DNA from: an uncultured Saprospiraceae bacterium
GTDB taxonomy: Bacteria > Bacteroidota > Bacteroidia > Chitinophagales > Saprospiraceae
Direction of reading: 5' to 3'
NCBI GenBank assembly: GCA_964513525.1
Contig: CAZEOC010000001.1
Coordinates: 1,048-35,504 of the forward strand
Length of the DNA: 34,457 nucleotides
This document shows, piece by piece, positions 1-7,776 of the stretch. The notes below the pieces were generated by a model, which saw only the letters and a list, made by a program, of their open reading frames with translations, was not told the origin of the DNA and searched no databases. How positions within the stretch are numbered: position 1 is the first letter of the stretch; the number at the start of each line of letters is the position of its first letter. A program made the translations under genes and the position numbers.

Positions 1-1044
1 AATCGGTTGACTTTGTGCTGTACTATTTTGTACAATCGAATAAGTTTGCAAATCTGCGTTTTCGTCCCAATTCCAAAAAACTTCTAAATCCCCATCATTA
101 TTAATACTAACATTAGATAAATAGATATAATCTTGAGGCTCTACAATGTCTACAGTTACACAAACTTCATTGGTTGTAGAAGCGTTTCCTGTAAATAATT
201 CTACGGCTTGAGCCGTTAAACAAACATAATCGCCATCTTCATAATCACTTAACGAAACTGCAAAATCTTGTCCACTGACGGTTTTTACCAAAGTTCGATT
301 TCCGCCATTGACACTTGCTCTAATTTGATGAGCTGTAATTGGATTATCCCAATTTTCATACATATCCCAAGTCAAATCTAAAGTTTGAGCACATCTATTT
401 ATACCAATATCTAATAAAATAGTTTTATGTGGATTATCATATAATAAACCAATATTTCCACAAGCATCAATTGCTGCAATCGTATAAGTTTGAGCTGTTG
501 TCGCATCGACGCCAATATGTTCAAAAGTCGTCGTTCCATCTGTAACCGTATCAATCGCAACAAAACCACTTGTCGTTTCTTGATAAATAACATAACCTGC
601 AGTTTCAGGTGAAGTACTCGTAACCCAATCTAATTCGATATTTCCATTATTGTTAATAGAAACCGAAGTAATTGGCGGCGTTTCTGGCGATAAATTATCT
701 AAAGTAGCAGATTGACCAACTTGAAAAGTTGGACATTGTAAATCCGTCGTTAGGTAATAATACCAAGTTTGTACACCTCCATTTGCATTAACATGCGTAT
801 ACGTTGTTTCCGTTTGGTCTGTAATCGTTGTTAATAAAAAATATGGTGCGGAAGGATTTGGTGTCGCATAAATTCGATAACCTAAAAATACACCACAACT
901 TTGTGGCGGCGGTAATTCCCATTCTAAAGTTACATTTCCATCAAATAGGGTCGTAACACAAATCAAATTTGGTGGTTCGATAGTTTGTGCTATTGCCGAA
1001 AAACTAAGAAATAAAGCGACGAATATTGTTATAATTTTCTGCAT
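1..1044 (-). CDS. Secreted Fn3-like repeat protein, N-terminal 348 codons (runs off the left edge of the window)
   Basis: Missing from the supplied track because it is open to the window edge. Reverse-strand ATG at 1042-1044 reads MQKIITIFVALFLSFSAIAQ (signal peptide). Repeated ~90-aa units follow (NVTLEWE, NIELDWV...GYVIYQ, TLDLTWD, LEVFWNWD), with no stop down to position 1. Confidence 0.6.
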   Translation of the reverse strand, partial: MQKIITIFVALFLSFSAIAQTIEPPNLICVTTLFDGNVTLEWELPPPQSCGVFLGYRIYATPNPSAPYFLLTTITDQTETTYTHVNANGGVQTWYYYLTTDLQCPTFQVGQSATLDNLSPETPPITSVSINNNGNIELDWVTSTSPETAGYVIYQETTSGFVAIDTVTDGTTTFEHIGVDATTAQTYTIAAIDACGNIGLLYDNPHKTILLDIGINRCAQTLDLTWDMYENWDNPITAHQIRASVNGGNRTLVKTVSGQDFAVSLSDYEDGDYVCLTAQAVELFTGNASTTNEVCVTVDIVEPQDYIYLSNVSINNDGDLEVFWNWDENADLQTYSIVQNSTAQSQPI

Positions 1045-1060
1045 TTTGAACTTGAGTTGC

Positions 1061-1183
1061 GAGTTGCGGATTACGAGTTTACAGGTTGAAAAACTAAAGT
1101 AATCTATCATATTGTAGAATGTAAAGCTTGTTCAAGTAGATTCAAGTATTTCATACGACTTATAAACTGGTAATCTGCAACTC
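1061..1183. repeat. Long imperfect inverted repeat (28-position stem, ~67-nt loop) with heptamer-periodic arm
   Basis: 1061-1088 pairs with 1156-1183 (hand count: 2 mismatches, 3 G-U). The left arm contains tgcgagt/tgcggat/tacgagt. The loop carries a tandem 10-mer, ttcaagtaga ttcaagtatt (1131-1150). It lies in the divergent intergenic region between 1044 and 1418. Confidence 0.6.
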
Positions 1184-1417
1184 TTAATATTAACGCAAAA
1201 TTGATTAATTATTGGATATTTCTCAAAGTAATAATGAAAAAAACTTAAAACAATCACTTGATTTATGAAGTTAGGGAGTTGAAAAGAAATTTTGATAAAG
1301 CAAACAGCGGAAGATTTTATTTTTTTATCAGATAAAAAATATTTTTTCTCGAAGCTGTAACTACTATGTACGGATTAAAAGCCGTAATTTTGTTATTGAA
1401 TAATTAATCAAAGCAGC

Positions 1418-1873
1418 ATGAAAACTTATAATTTGTCCTCAAACTGGACGGTAGTTTTAAAATACTTCCTACCATTAGTTTGGACAATTTTTTTTGGAGC
1501 GTTATGTATTATCTTTTGGGTATCGGATAATTTAGAAATCGGAACTTGGAATTTATCTTATTTTCGTATAGGTTGGACTGCCTTTTTCCTAATCGGAACG
1601 GGCTTTCTATTCTTTACTTTTATGAAATTAATGAGAGTCGAGTATGATGGAGAATTTTTTTATGTAACGAATTATTTCAAAATTTTTAAGTATCCGATTA
1701 CAAATGTGGAGAAAATTACGATTAAGAATTTTCCGTTGCTTAAAATTGGAATTGTAAAATTCAAAAAGGCGGGTTACTTTGGTAAAACGGTTCCTTTTTT
1801 AGTGAGTAAAACCAATTTTGATGAAGTTATTACTGCTTTTGATAATATTCAAGCAGTAACTAATGAACTGTAA
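1418..1873 (+). CDS. Small membrane protein, unknown function
   Basis: 151-aa ORF with two hydrophobic segments (LPLVWTIFFGALCIIFWV, WTAFFLIGTGFLFFTF) followed by a soluble C-terminal part. Confidence 0.55.
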   Translation: MKTYNLSSNWTVVLKYFLPLVWTIFFGALCIIFWVSDNLEIGTWNLSYFRIGWTAFFLIGTGFLFFTFMKLMRVEYDGEFFYVTNYFKIFKYPITNVEKITIKNFPLLKIGIVKFKKAGYFGKTVPFLVSKTNFDEVITAFDNIQAVTNEL

Positions 1874-2060
1874 ACCATAATTTATTCACGCTATACTTTC
1901 AAAGTAATTAGTAAGAATATTCATAATTTATAATTATCATAGTTCATAAACTATGTTGTGTACTAAAAAAAATGCAAAAGTGAAATCACCAAAATTTTAA
2001 AACACTTAGTGTATCATTAAACCATAAATGCACTAAAAGAAGATTAAAAAAATTAAGATA

Positions 2061-2489
2061 ATGGCACAACACGAGTTAAACGAGTTATTTGATGAAAATG
2101 GTAATCTATTAAGTCCAAAATTACCTGATGGAATTAATAATTATTTGATTGATATTGATGGAACAGTAACGGAAGATGTTCCTAATGAAGCACCTGAAAG
2201 AATGGTAACATGCGAACCATTTCCTGATGCTTTAGACATTATCAATAAATGGTATGCTGAAGGTCATATCATTACTTTTTTCACTTCAAGATTAGAAGAA
2301 CACCGAGCAGTAACTGAAAAATGGTTGACTGACTCAGGTTTCAAATATCATGGCTTGTTAATGAATAAACCGAGAGGCGGCAACTATCATTGGATTGATA
2401 ATCACGTTGTAAGAGGTATTCGCTATAATGGCAAATTCACGGATTTAGTCAAAAAAGAGAAAACAATTCACGTTTTTGACGATGAGTAA
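2061..2489 (+). CDS. HAD-superfamily-like small phosphatase/hydrolase
   Basis: 142 aa. The motif LIDIDGTVTED matches the HAD motif I (DxDGT) nucleophile signature. A later FFTSR resembles motif II. Confidence 0.65.
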   Translation: MAQHELNELFDENGNLLSPKLPDGINNYLIDIDGTVTEDVPNEAPERMVTCEPFPDALDIINKWYAEGHIITFFTSRLEEHRAVTEKWLTDSGFKYHGLLMNKPRGGNYHWIDNHVVRGIRYNGKFTDLVKKEKTIHVFDDE

Positions 2490-2501
2490 TTAGGGTTTGA
2501 T

Positions 2502-2579
2502 TATGAAGTATTAAGTATTAAATATTTGATTAACTTCTTCAATAAGGTTGTTCAAATATTTAATATTTAATACTTAATA
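2502..2579 (+). repeat. 28-position AT-rich hairpin with heptamer-periodic arms, directly after the stop at 2489 (possible terminator)
   Basis: 2502-2529 pairs with 2552-2579 (hand count: 1 mismatch, 1 G-U), loop 22 nt. Arms are 7-nt repeats (gaagtat taagtat taaatat / caaatat ttaatat ttaatac ttaatat). A T-rich run follows. Confidence 0.6.
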
Positions 2580-2591
2580 TTTTAATATAAT

Positions 2592-3677
2592 TTGTTAGTT
2601 GAGCATCATTATTCACACAGTTATCGAGGCAATGATTTAGATTGGCTTTTGGAAAATGGTTTTTTCCGAAACAGTATTTCTATGTTCCGAACTGACTTAT
2701 TATGTTTTGATGCTAATTTAGAAACTGTTATTAATGTACGATTGCCTTTAGATGATTTTAAACCTAAAAAGCGGCATCGACGAATTATTAAAAAGGTAAA
2801 AGAACAATTTACAATTGAGATAAAACCTTTTGAAATAACAGACGAAAAAGACAAATTGTATCAACTCCATAAACATCGCTTCAAAGGTTATTTACAGCGA
2901 AGTTTATTTCAGTATGTAAATGGAGATGAAGCAGTTGAAGCTTACGACCTTTTTGATACTTATGAAGTTACAATCAGAGATGGCGAACGCTTGATAGCTT
3001 TCAGTATGTTTGACCTTGGAGATGAAGGACTGGCAAGTATTATGGGCGTTTTTCATGATGACTACAAACAGTATAGTTTAGGTACTTTTACAATGTTGCA
3101 AGAAGTTGAATTTGCACAATCAGAAGGTTTTGAATATTATTACCCAGGTTATATTTTACACGAAAGTCCTTTATTTGACTATAAGTTGAAGCTTAGTCGA
3201 GATATGCAATTTCGAGATGAAAATAATGTTTGGGTTCATATTGATAATTTACCCAGTTTCCCATTAATTACAGATTTTGTAAAAAGCAAAATCGAAGATT
3301 TAGAAGATTTGTTACATCTTTTCCAGTTACCCTTCCAACGAATTACATATCCTGCTTTTGGAGCAGCTTATTTTGAATATGACGATATTTATTGTGTTCG
3401 AACGCCAATGATGATTTTACTTTTTCAAGAGGAAATCACAGAAGATGCACTTATCATTGAATATTGGGTCGAACAAGAAAAATATGTTTTAAGTCGAGTT
3501 GAAATTTTATCAAAATTCTCTGATAAACACGAGATGAAAATTTCTGATAAAGAAACAGATTCTACAAATTGTTTAGATTTATTGAATTATACGCATTTGA
3601 TGATTGAAAATGACTCTGCTGAAAAATTAGTTATTCAATTAATTCAAATGATTAAAAATAAAGACACGACTGAATAA
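2592..3677 (+). CDS. Arginyl/leucyl-tRNA-protein transferase-like (ATE/Bpt family) protein with extra C-terminal region
   Basis: LLENGFFRNS ... RHRRIIKK ... YYYPGYILHESPLFDYKLKL resembles the ATE_N/ATE_C pattern (G-[FW]-RR-[SN], basic patch, Y-x-G-Y-x-I...YK). The ORF track start is TTG and the true start is uncertain. About 140 C-terminal residues have no recognisable motif. Confidence 0.6.
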   Translation: MLVEHHYSHSYRGNDLDWLLENGFFRNSISMFRTDLLCFDANLETVINVRLPLDDFKPKKRHRRIIKKVKEQFTIEIKPFEITDEKDKLYQLHKHRFKGYLQRSLFQYVNGDEAVEAYDLFDTYEVTIRDGERLIAFSMFDLGDEGLASIMGVFHDDYKQYSLGTFTMLQEVEFAQSEGFEYYYPGYILHESPLFDYKLKLSRDMQFRDENNVWVHIDNLPSFPLITDFVKSKIEDLEDLLHLFQLPFQRITYPAFGAAYFEYDDIYCVRTPMMILLFQEEITEDALIIEYWVEQEKYVLSRVEILSKFSDKHEMKISDKETDSTNCLDLLNYTHLMIENDSAEKLVIQLIQMIKNKDTTE

Positions 3678-3822
3678 ATTATATAGTTGATAATTATTCC
3701 GCAAGAAGTTAGAATTCAGACCGCTTCGCTGTCAAACCATCTTCGACTGTCAGAAAATACACTTCAAAACGTCTGTATTCTGAATAGTAATCTAAATTGT
3801 AAAAGAAATAAACCAAATCAAA

Positions 3823-4770
3823 ATGAAAAGTTCACTCTATCTATTACTATTTGTAATTGCCTTTGCTGCTTGTGATAATCCTAAAAATGAAATAATAGAA
3901 GAAGCTCAAGCTAATGTGGAAAATATTGAATCCGAACCAATCGAAGCAGCTTCAGAAGCTGTTACAAAGGTTTATAAAAATGTACCTGACAAGGAAAATT
4001 TTGAACTCAATGAAAATTTTCATGTTATGGCATTAAGCGGTTTGCGAATGAGAGCAACGCCTGAATTGAAAGGAAAAACGATATTGACAATTCCTTATGA
4101 CGCAGCTGTTGAACAGGTTGATAATGGCGATTATGGAATATTAGAAGTTGAAGAAATCAAGGATTTTGTGGTCAAAGGAAATTGGATGAAAGTCAGATAT
4201 GAAGGAAAAGAAGGTTATGTTTTTAATGGTTACTTGACACAGTTTCCAATGCCTAACGGCAGTGATTATTTAAAAAAAGAAGGTTATGTTTTTGATGGCT
4301 TTTTGACGAAATTTCCATTACCTGAGGTTCTAATAAATGGAGATTATGATTACAAAAAATATGAATCGTCATTTGATTATTATTTTAGGACAAAAGTTGG
4401 GAGTGCTTCTGAAAAGTATAATATAGAAAAATATAGAGATTGTGAACCTGTATCTGAAAACGACTGTATTTGTGGTTATACTCAAGATTTTGGTTCTATA
4501 GTTTTTTCGAAATCAAGTTGTTCAGAATCAAGTATGGATGAACTAATCAAGATTAAAAATATTTCCTTAACGGAAGCTTATTTTATTATAAAAGCAATGG
4601 ATTTGAATAATGTTACTTCTACAGACCCAAATTATCAAGCTTCGGAAGATGTTAATTACTATAAAGAAGAAGATAGCATTTATTTTGAAGCAGAAGGAGC
4701 AGGTTGTTATTCTACGTTGAAAGGAGTATCCGAGGATGAAATTGAAATTGAAATTTCGTGTGGTTGTTAG
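3823..4770 (+). CDS. Lipoprotein with SH3-like domain and Cys-rich C-terminus
   Basis: Lipobox MKSSLYLLLFVIAFAAC. The stretch LRMRATPELKGKTILTIPYDAAVE...NWMKVRYEGKEGYVFNGYL looks like bacterial SH3. An internal duplicated EGYVF(N/D)G(Y/F)LT(Q/K)FP(M/L)P is present. Confidence 0.7.
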   Translation: MKSSLYLLLFVIAFAACDNPKNEIIEEAQANVENIESEPIEAASEAVTKVYKNVPDKENFELNENFHVMALSGLRMRATPELKGKTILTIPYDAAVEQVDNGDYGILEVEEIKDFVVKGNWMKVRYEGKEGYVFNGYLTQFPMPNGSDYLKKEGYVFDGFLTKFPLPEVLINGDYDYKKYESSFDYYFRTKVGSASEKYNIEKYRDCEPVSENDCICGYTQDFGSIVFSKSSCSESSMDELIKIKNISLTEAYFIIKAMDLNNVTSTDPNYQASEDVNYYKEEDSIYFEAEGAGCYSTLKGVSEDEIEIEISCGC

Positions 4771-4842
4771 AAAAATAGATTATTATCTTCTTGTTCTTTA
4801 AGGATTAAAAGTGATTATTACAAACCAAAAAAAGTGATTTTT

Positions 4843-6069
4843 ATGAAAAGAGAGTTACAATTGATTAGTTTCTTTTTATTGATAAACCTATCACTTTTTG
4901 CACAGACTCAAAAAGCTCAATTAACCGACTTTCGATTTATTGTCAATGATACACAAGAGTTTCCAAATTACTTTGAAGACGAAGCATTAACGAAGAGAAT
5001 TTATGAAAAGGCGTTAGTGTATATTCGAGAAAAAGTAAATTTAGAAACTATTGTTTCTTACCAAGCTAAAGATATTGAATATCGTTTTTCTCCTCCTTTT
5101 CGAGATAATTTGAATTTAATAGAAAAGAAAAATTTTGATTATTATATTGCGATTACAAGCGTTGCTGGTGTGAATACCGATATTAATGATGCTAAAACGT
5201 ATACAATTCATTTGAAAACGAGAATAGAATCTATTGAAGATACAGTGTTTATTAATACAACTTCTGCAAGTTTTAAACTCACTTTTGAAGAAAGTGCTTT
5301 GTATGATGAAGCCGTTATTTCTAAAAAAGATTTTGAAAATTTATATCTCAATGTGCTTAAAAACACCTTTTCAAAAAAAGAGAAATTAGTAGAAAAAGAG
5401 TTTAAAAAGCCAGGAATTACGGCATATAATGGTTTTATGAAAAAGGCAAATCAATTTGTCTTAAAACAAGAGGATAGAATATTATCAAAACGTTTTTTTA
5501 TTAATCAATTAGAAGATAGTATCAAGTCTTTTCAAATAAAAGAACAAGCGACAACAATTAATGGAACAATCCGAGTACAAGATGTTGCGGATATTTTGCG
5601 ATTCCAAAAGATATTCAATTATCGAGATTTTTTGAATAAAAAACGATTATCAATTAGAGCAGATTATGAAGAAGCGACAGATTTTGAGACGAATGTTCGA
5701 TATATAAAAAGTACCAAACTACAAGTTAAAAATCGGCGAAAAAAGTACACTTTAGAATTTTACCCCGATAAAGAAACAAGCTGGGTTTATACTTTAGATT
5801 GGCAAACTCCTGACAGCGTGAATTATGCTTTAGTTGCGAATCGTTATACCAATTATGTAGAAATATTTTCAAAAAGTGGTTTGTTAACTATCGTTCAATT
5901 GCCTGCTTCTGGTGCAAAATTATTAGAAATTGAAAATCGAAAATATACTTTTTATAACAGGAAAAACTTAACACAGCAGCAAAAAGCAGAAATCAATCAA
6001 CTTTTCGCTTTTTTCTTAATGGCAAATGAATTCATGTCAGAAGTAAACTTGCTACGGCAAGGAAGTTGA
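4843..6069 (+). CDS. Secreted hypothetical protein
   Basis: The ORF track starts at GTG 4834. ATG at 4843 gives MKRELQLISFFLLINLSLFAQ, a clean signal peptide. No recognisable catalytic motif. Confidence 0.65.
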   Translation: MKRELQLISFFLLINLSLFAQTQKAQLTDFRFIVNDTQEFPNYFEDEALTKRIYEKALVYIREKVNLETIVSYQAKDIEYRFSPPFRDNLNLIEKKNFDYYIAITSVAGVNTDINDAKTYTIHLKTRIESIEDTVFINTTSASFKLTFEESALYDEAVISKKDFENLYLNVLKNTFSKKEKLVEKEFKKPGITAYNGFMKKANQFVLKQEDRILSKRFFINQLEDSIKSFQIKEQATTINGTIRVQDVADILRFQKIFNYRDFLNKKRLSIRADYEEATDFETNVRYIKSTKLQVKNRRKKYTLEFYPDKETSWVYTLDWQTPDSVNYALVANRYTNYVEIFSKSGLLTIVQLPASGAKLLEIENRKYTFYNRKNLTQQQKAEINQLFAFFLMANEFMSEVNLLRQGS

Positions 6070-6207
6070 CAGTTTGTACTGATGCTAAATCGTAACTTTT
6101 ATTATTATTATTTGTTTTTGATGATATAAATTACATTTATTAAAAAATCAAATGGAGTTGTCATGTGTAGTACAACATCAACACGATAACACGATAAGAC
6201 AAGAGAA

Positions 6208-6603
6208 ATGAATCCAATTATATTATTTGATGGCGTTTGTAACCTTTGTAATGGTGCGGTTCAGTTCATCATTGAAAGGGATAAAGAACAAGTTTTTCGT
6301 TTTGCATCTTTACAATCGGAAATTGGACAGAAATATATGTTAGATGCTGGACTTTCGTTAGATGAAATTGATACGATTTTATTGGTTGAAAATGATGAAA
6401 TCTATTCTAAATCAACCGCGGCTTTGCGTATCGCAAAACGGTTGAACGGTTTATGGTTTATAATGTATGGTTTTATTATTGTTCCGACATTTCTAAGAAA
6501 TGGCGTTTATGATTTTATTGCTCGAAATCGCTACAAATGGTATGGTAAACAAGATAGTTGTTGGATGCCGACACCAGATTTAAAGAAATTATTTTTAGAT
6601 TAA
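6208..6603 (+). CDS. Thiol-disulfide oxidoreductase DCC family (DUF393) protein
   Basis: The N-terminal ILFDGVCNLCNGAVQFI CxxC motif and the ~130-aa size are typical of DCC/DUF393. Confidence 0.8.
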   Translation: MNPIILFDGVCNLCNGAVQFIIERDKEQVFRFASLQSEIGQKYMLDAGLSLDEIDTILLVENDEIYSKSTAALRIAKRLNGLWFIMYGFIIVPTFLRNGVYDFIARNRYKWYGKQDSCWMPTPDLKKLFLD

Positions 6604-6613
6604 AAAAAGATAG

Positions 6614-6650
6614 AAAACGATAATGATTAATAAATTATCGTTTTTTTAAT
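6614..6650 (+). terminator. Rho-independent terminator candidate after the DCC gene
   Basis: aaaacgataat (6614-6624) pairs with attatcgtttt (6634-6644), loop 9 nt, followed by a T run. Confidence 0.55.
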
Positions 6651-6793
6651 TTGTTGAATATTTAAACGATTAATAAGTAAAAGTTTGATTTTAAGTAATT
6701 CAATATTTTATTTTAATTAAAATCTATTTAGTAGAATATTATAACTTTCAATTCATATAATCCAAATAATTGCAATTTAAAGAACCACGGAAT

Positions 6794-6817
6794 TAATTAT
6801 TGTTTTAACAATAATTA
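6794..6817. promoter_or_regulatory. Perfect 11+2+11 palindrome TAATTATTGTT-TT-AACAATAATTA upstream of the arg promoter (candidate operator)
   Basis: Exact reverse complementarity was read from the sequence. It sits ~40 nt upstream of the putative -33 element. The binding factor is unknown. Confidence 0.3.
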
Positions 6818-6858
6818 GATGGACAAATTAAAAATATCATTAAAAACGATATTAATAA

Positions 6859-6889
6859 TTGCAAAAAATAAAAAACACTTCTATATTTG
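6859..6889 (+). promoter_or_regulatory. Bacteroidetes-type promoter candidate for the arg leader/operon
   Basis: TATATTTG at 6882-6889 matches the -7 consensus TAnnTTTG exactly. TTG at 6859-6861 lies 20 nt upstream, as expected for a -33 element. Caveat: the leader ATG is only 5 nt downstream of the -7 box. Confidence 0.45.
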
Positions 6890-6894
6890 ACCCA

Positions 6895-6984
6895 ATGAAT
6901 TTAAGGACGACATATAACAACATATCTACAAACTTGAACAACTCTGTTGAAGCACCTCGTCGTCGCCGCACTCCACGCCCTTAG
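6895..6984 (+). CDS. Arg-codon-rich leader peptide (29 aa): MNLRTTYNNISTNLNNSVEAPRRRRTPRP
   Basis: ATG 6895, TAG 6982-6984. Codons CGT CGT CGC CGC (6958-6969) plus CGC (6976-6978) form a GC-rich patch in otherwise very AT-rich intergenic DNA, 175 nt upstream of the first arg operon gene. Too short for the 60-aa ORF track. Confidence 0.6.
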   Translation: MNLRTTYNNISTNLNNSVEAPRRRRTPRP

Positions 6985-7143
6985 GGCGAATAATCTACAT
7001 ATTATCCTTTGGGATAGCTTTTAGGCTATCATTTATCAAGCTAAATTGAATGCTTTCTCCTATTTCAATTATGGCAACTCTACTATATCAATCAAAAAAA
7101 TTGTATAACAAAACTAAAAGATTTTAAGCATCTCTTAGTTTTT
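6976..7143 (+). promoter_or_regulatory. Candidate attenuator region with several alternative hairpins between leader and GNAT gene
   Basis: Hairpins read by hand. CGCCC-tta-GGGCG (6976-6988) includes the leader stop codon. tatcc/ggata (7003-7016) is mutually exclusive with gatagc/gctatc (7013-7030). aactaaaag/ctcttagtt (7112-7140) is followed by ttt. All stems are short, so the assignment is tentative. Confidence 0.35.
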
Positions 7144-7158
7144 AGATACCAATATATC

Positions 7159-7734
7159 ATGAAATTTAAAATCATCATTGGTCAAGCGAAACATCAAGTT
7201 TATGCAGAGGCAATTTGCAAACTAATTGAAGAATCTGCAAAGGTTCGAGGAACGGGAATTGCTAAACGAGAACCAGAATATATCAATAAACGATTACGAA
7301 ATGGCAATGCGATTATAGCATTTCAAGGTGAAACTTTAGCGGGTTTTTGTTATATCGAAAAGTGGGAACATGGAAAATATGTTGCTAATTCAGGTTTAAT
7401 TGTAAATCCAGATTTTCGTGGAAATGGCTTGGCAAGAGCGATTAAAGCAAAAGCTGTAAAGTTGGCGCAAAGAAAATATCCGAATGCAAAAGTATTCGGA
7501 ATAACGACAAGTTCCGCTGTGATGAAAATCAATTCTGAACTCGGTTATAGACCAGTTACTTTTTCAGAATTAACACAAGACGAAACCTTTTGGAATGGGT
7601 GCAAAAGTTGTAAAAACTATGATATTCTACAACGTAACGATAAAAAATTATGCTTGTGTACAGGAATGTTAGCACCGTCAGGAAATGAATTGAAAAAAAT
7701 GAAAATAGATTTATCAAATATGATTTTGGTATAA
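7159..7734 (+). CDS. GNAT-family N-acyltransferase, first gene of the arg operon (putative N-acyl-glutamate synthase)
   Basis: RGNGLARAIKAKAV matches the acetyl-CoA-binding motif A (R/Q-x-x-G-x-G/A). Its position directly upstream of argG is typical of Bacteroidetes arg clusters. No canonical argA or argJ is in the window. Confidence 0.7.
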   Translation: MKFKIIIGQAKHQVYAEAICKLIEESAKVRGTGIAKREPEYINKRLRNGNAIIAFQGETLAGFCYIEKWEHGKYVANSGLIVNPDFRGNGLARAIKAKAVKLAQRKYPNAKVFGITTSSAVMKINSELGYRPVTFSELTQDETFWNGCKSCKNYDILQRNDKKLCLCTGMLAPSGNELKKMKIDLSNMILV

Positions 7735-7776
7735 ATTTGCAGGGCAATGCCTTTGCTAATTTAAAAAAATATAAAA

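Noticed and set aside
6651-6720. ARG-box-like half sites (gttgaatatttaaac at about 6652-6667, aattcaat at about 6703-6710) as ArgR operators.
   Set aside because: Only one half of the E. coli-type consensus (TNTGAATWWWWATTCANW, from memory) matches at each place. In such AT-rich DNA this is expected by chance, and I do not know the Bacteroidota ArgR motif well enough to call it.
7071-7127. Second small ORF (MATLLYQSKKLYNKTKRF, 18 aa) between the Arg leader and the GNAT gene.
   Set aside because: It has no enrichment of any regulatory codon (a single Arg). Such short ORFs are expected by chance in AT-rich DNA. It is kept only as a note in case the attenuator involves coupled translation.
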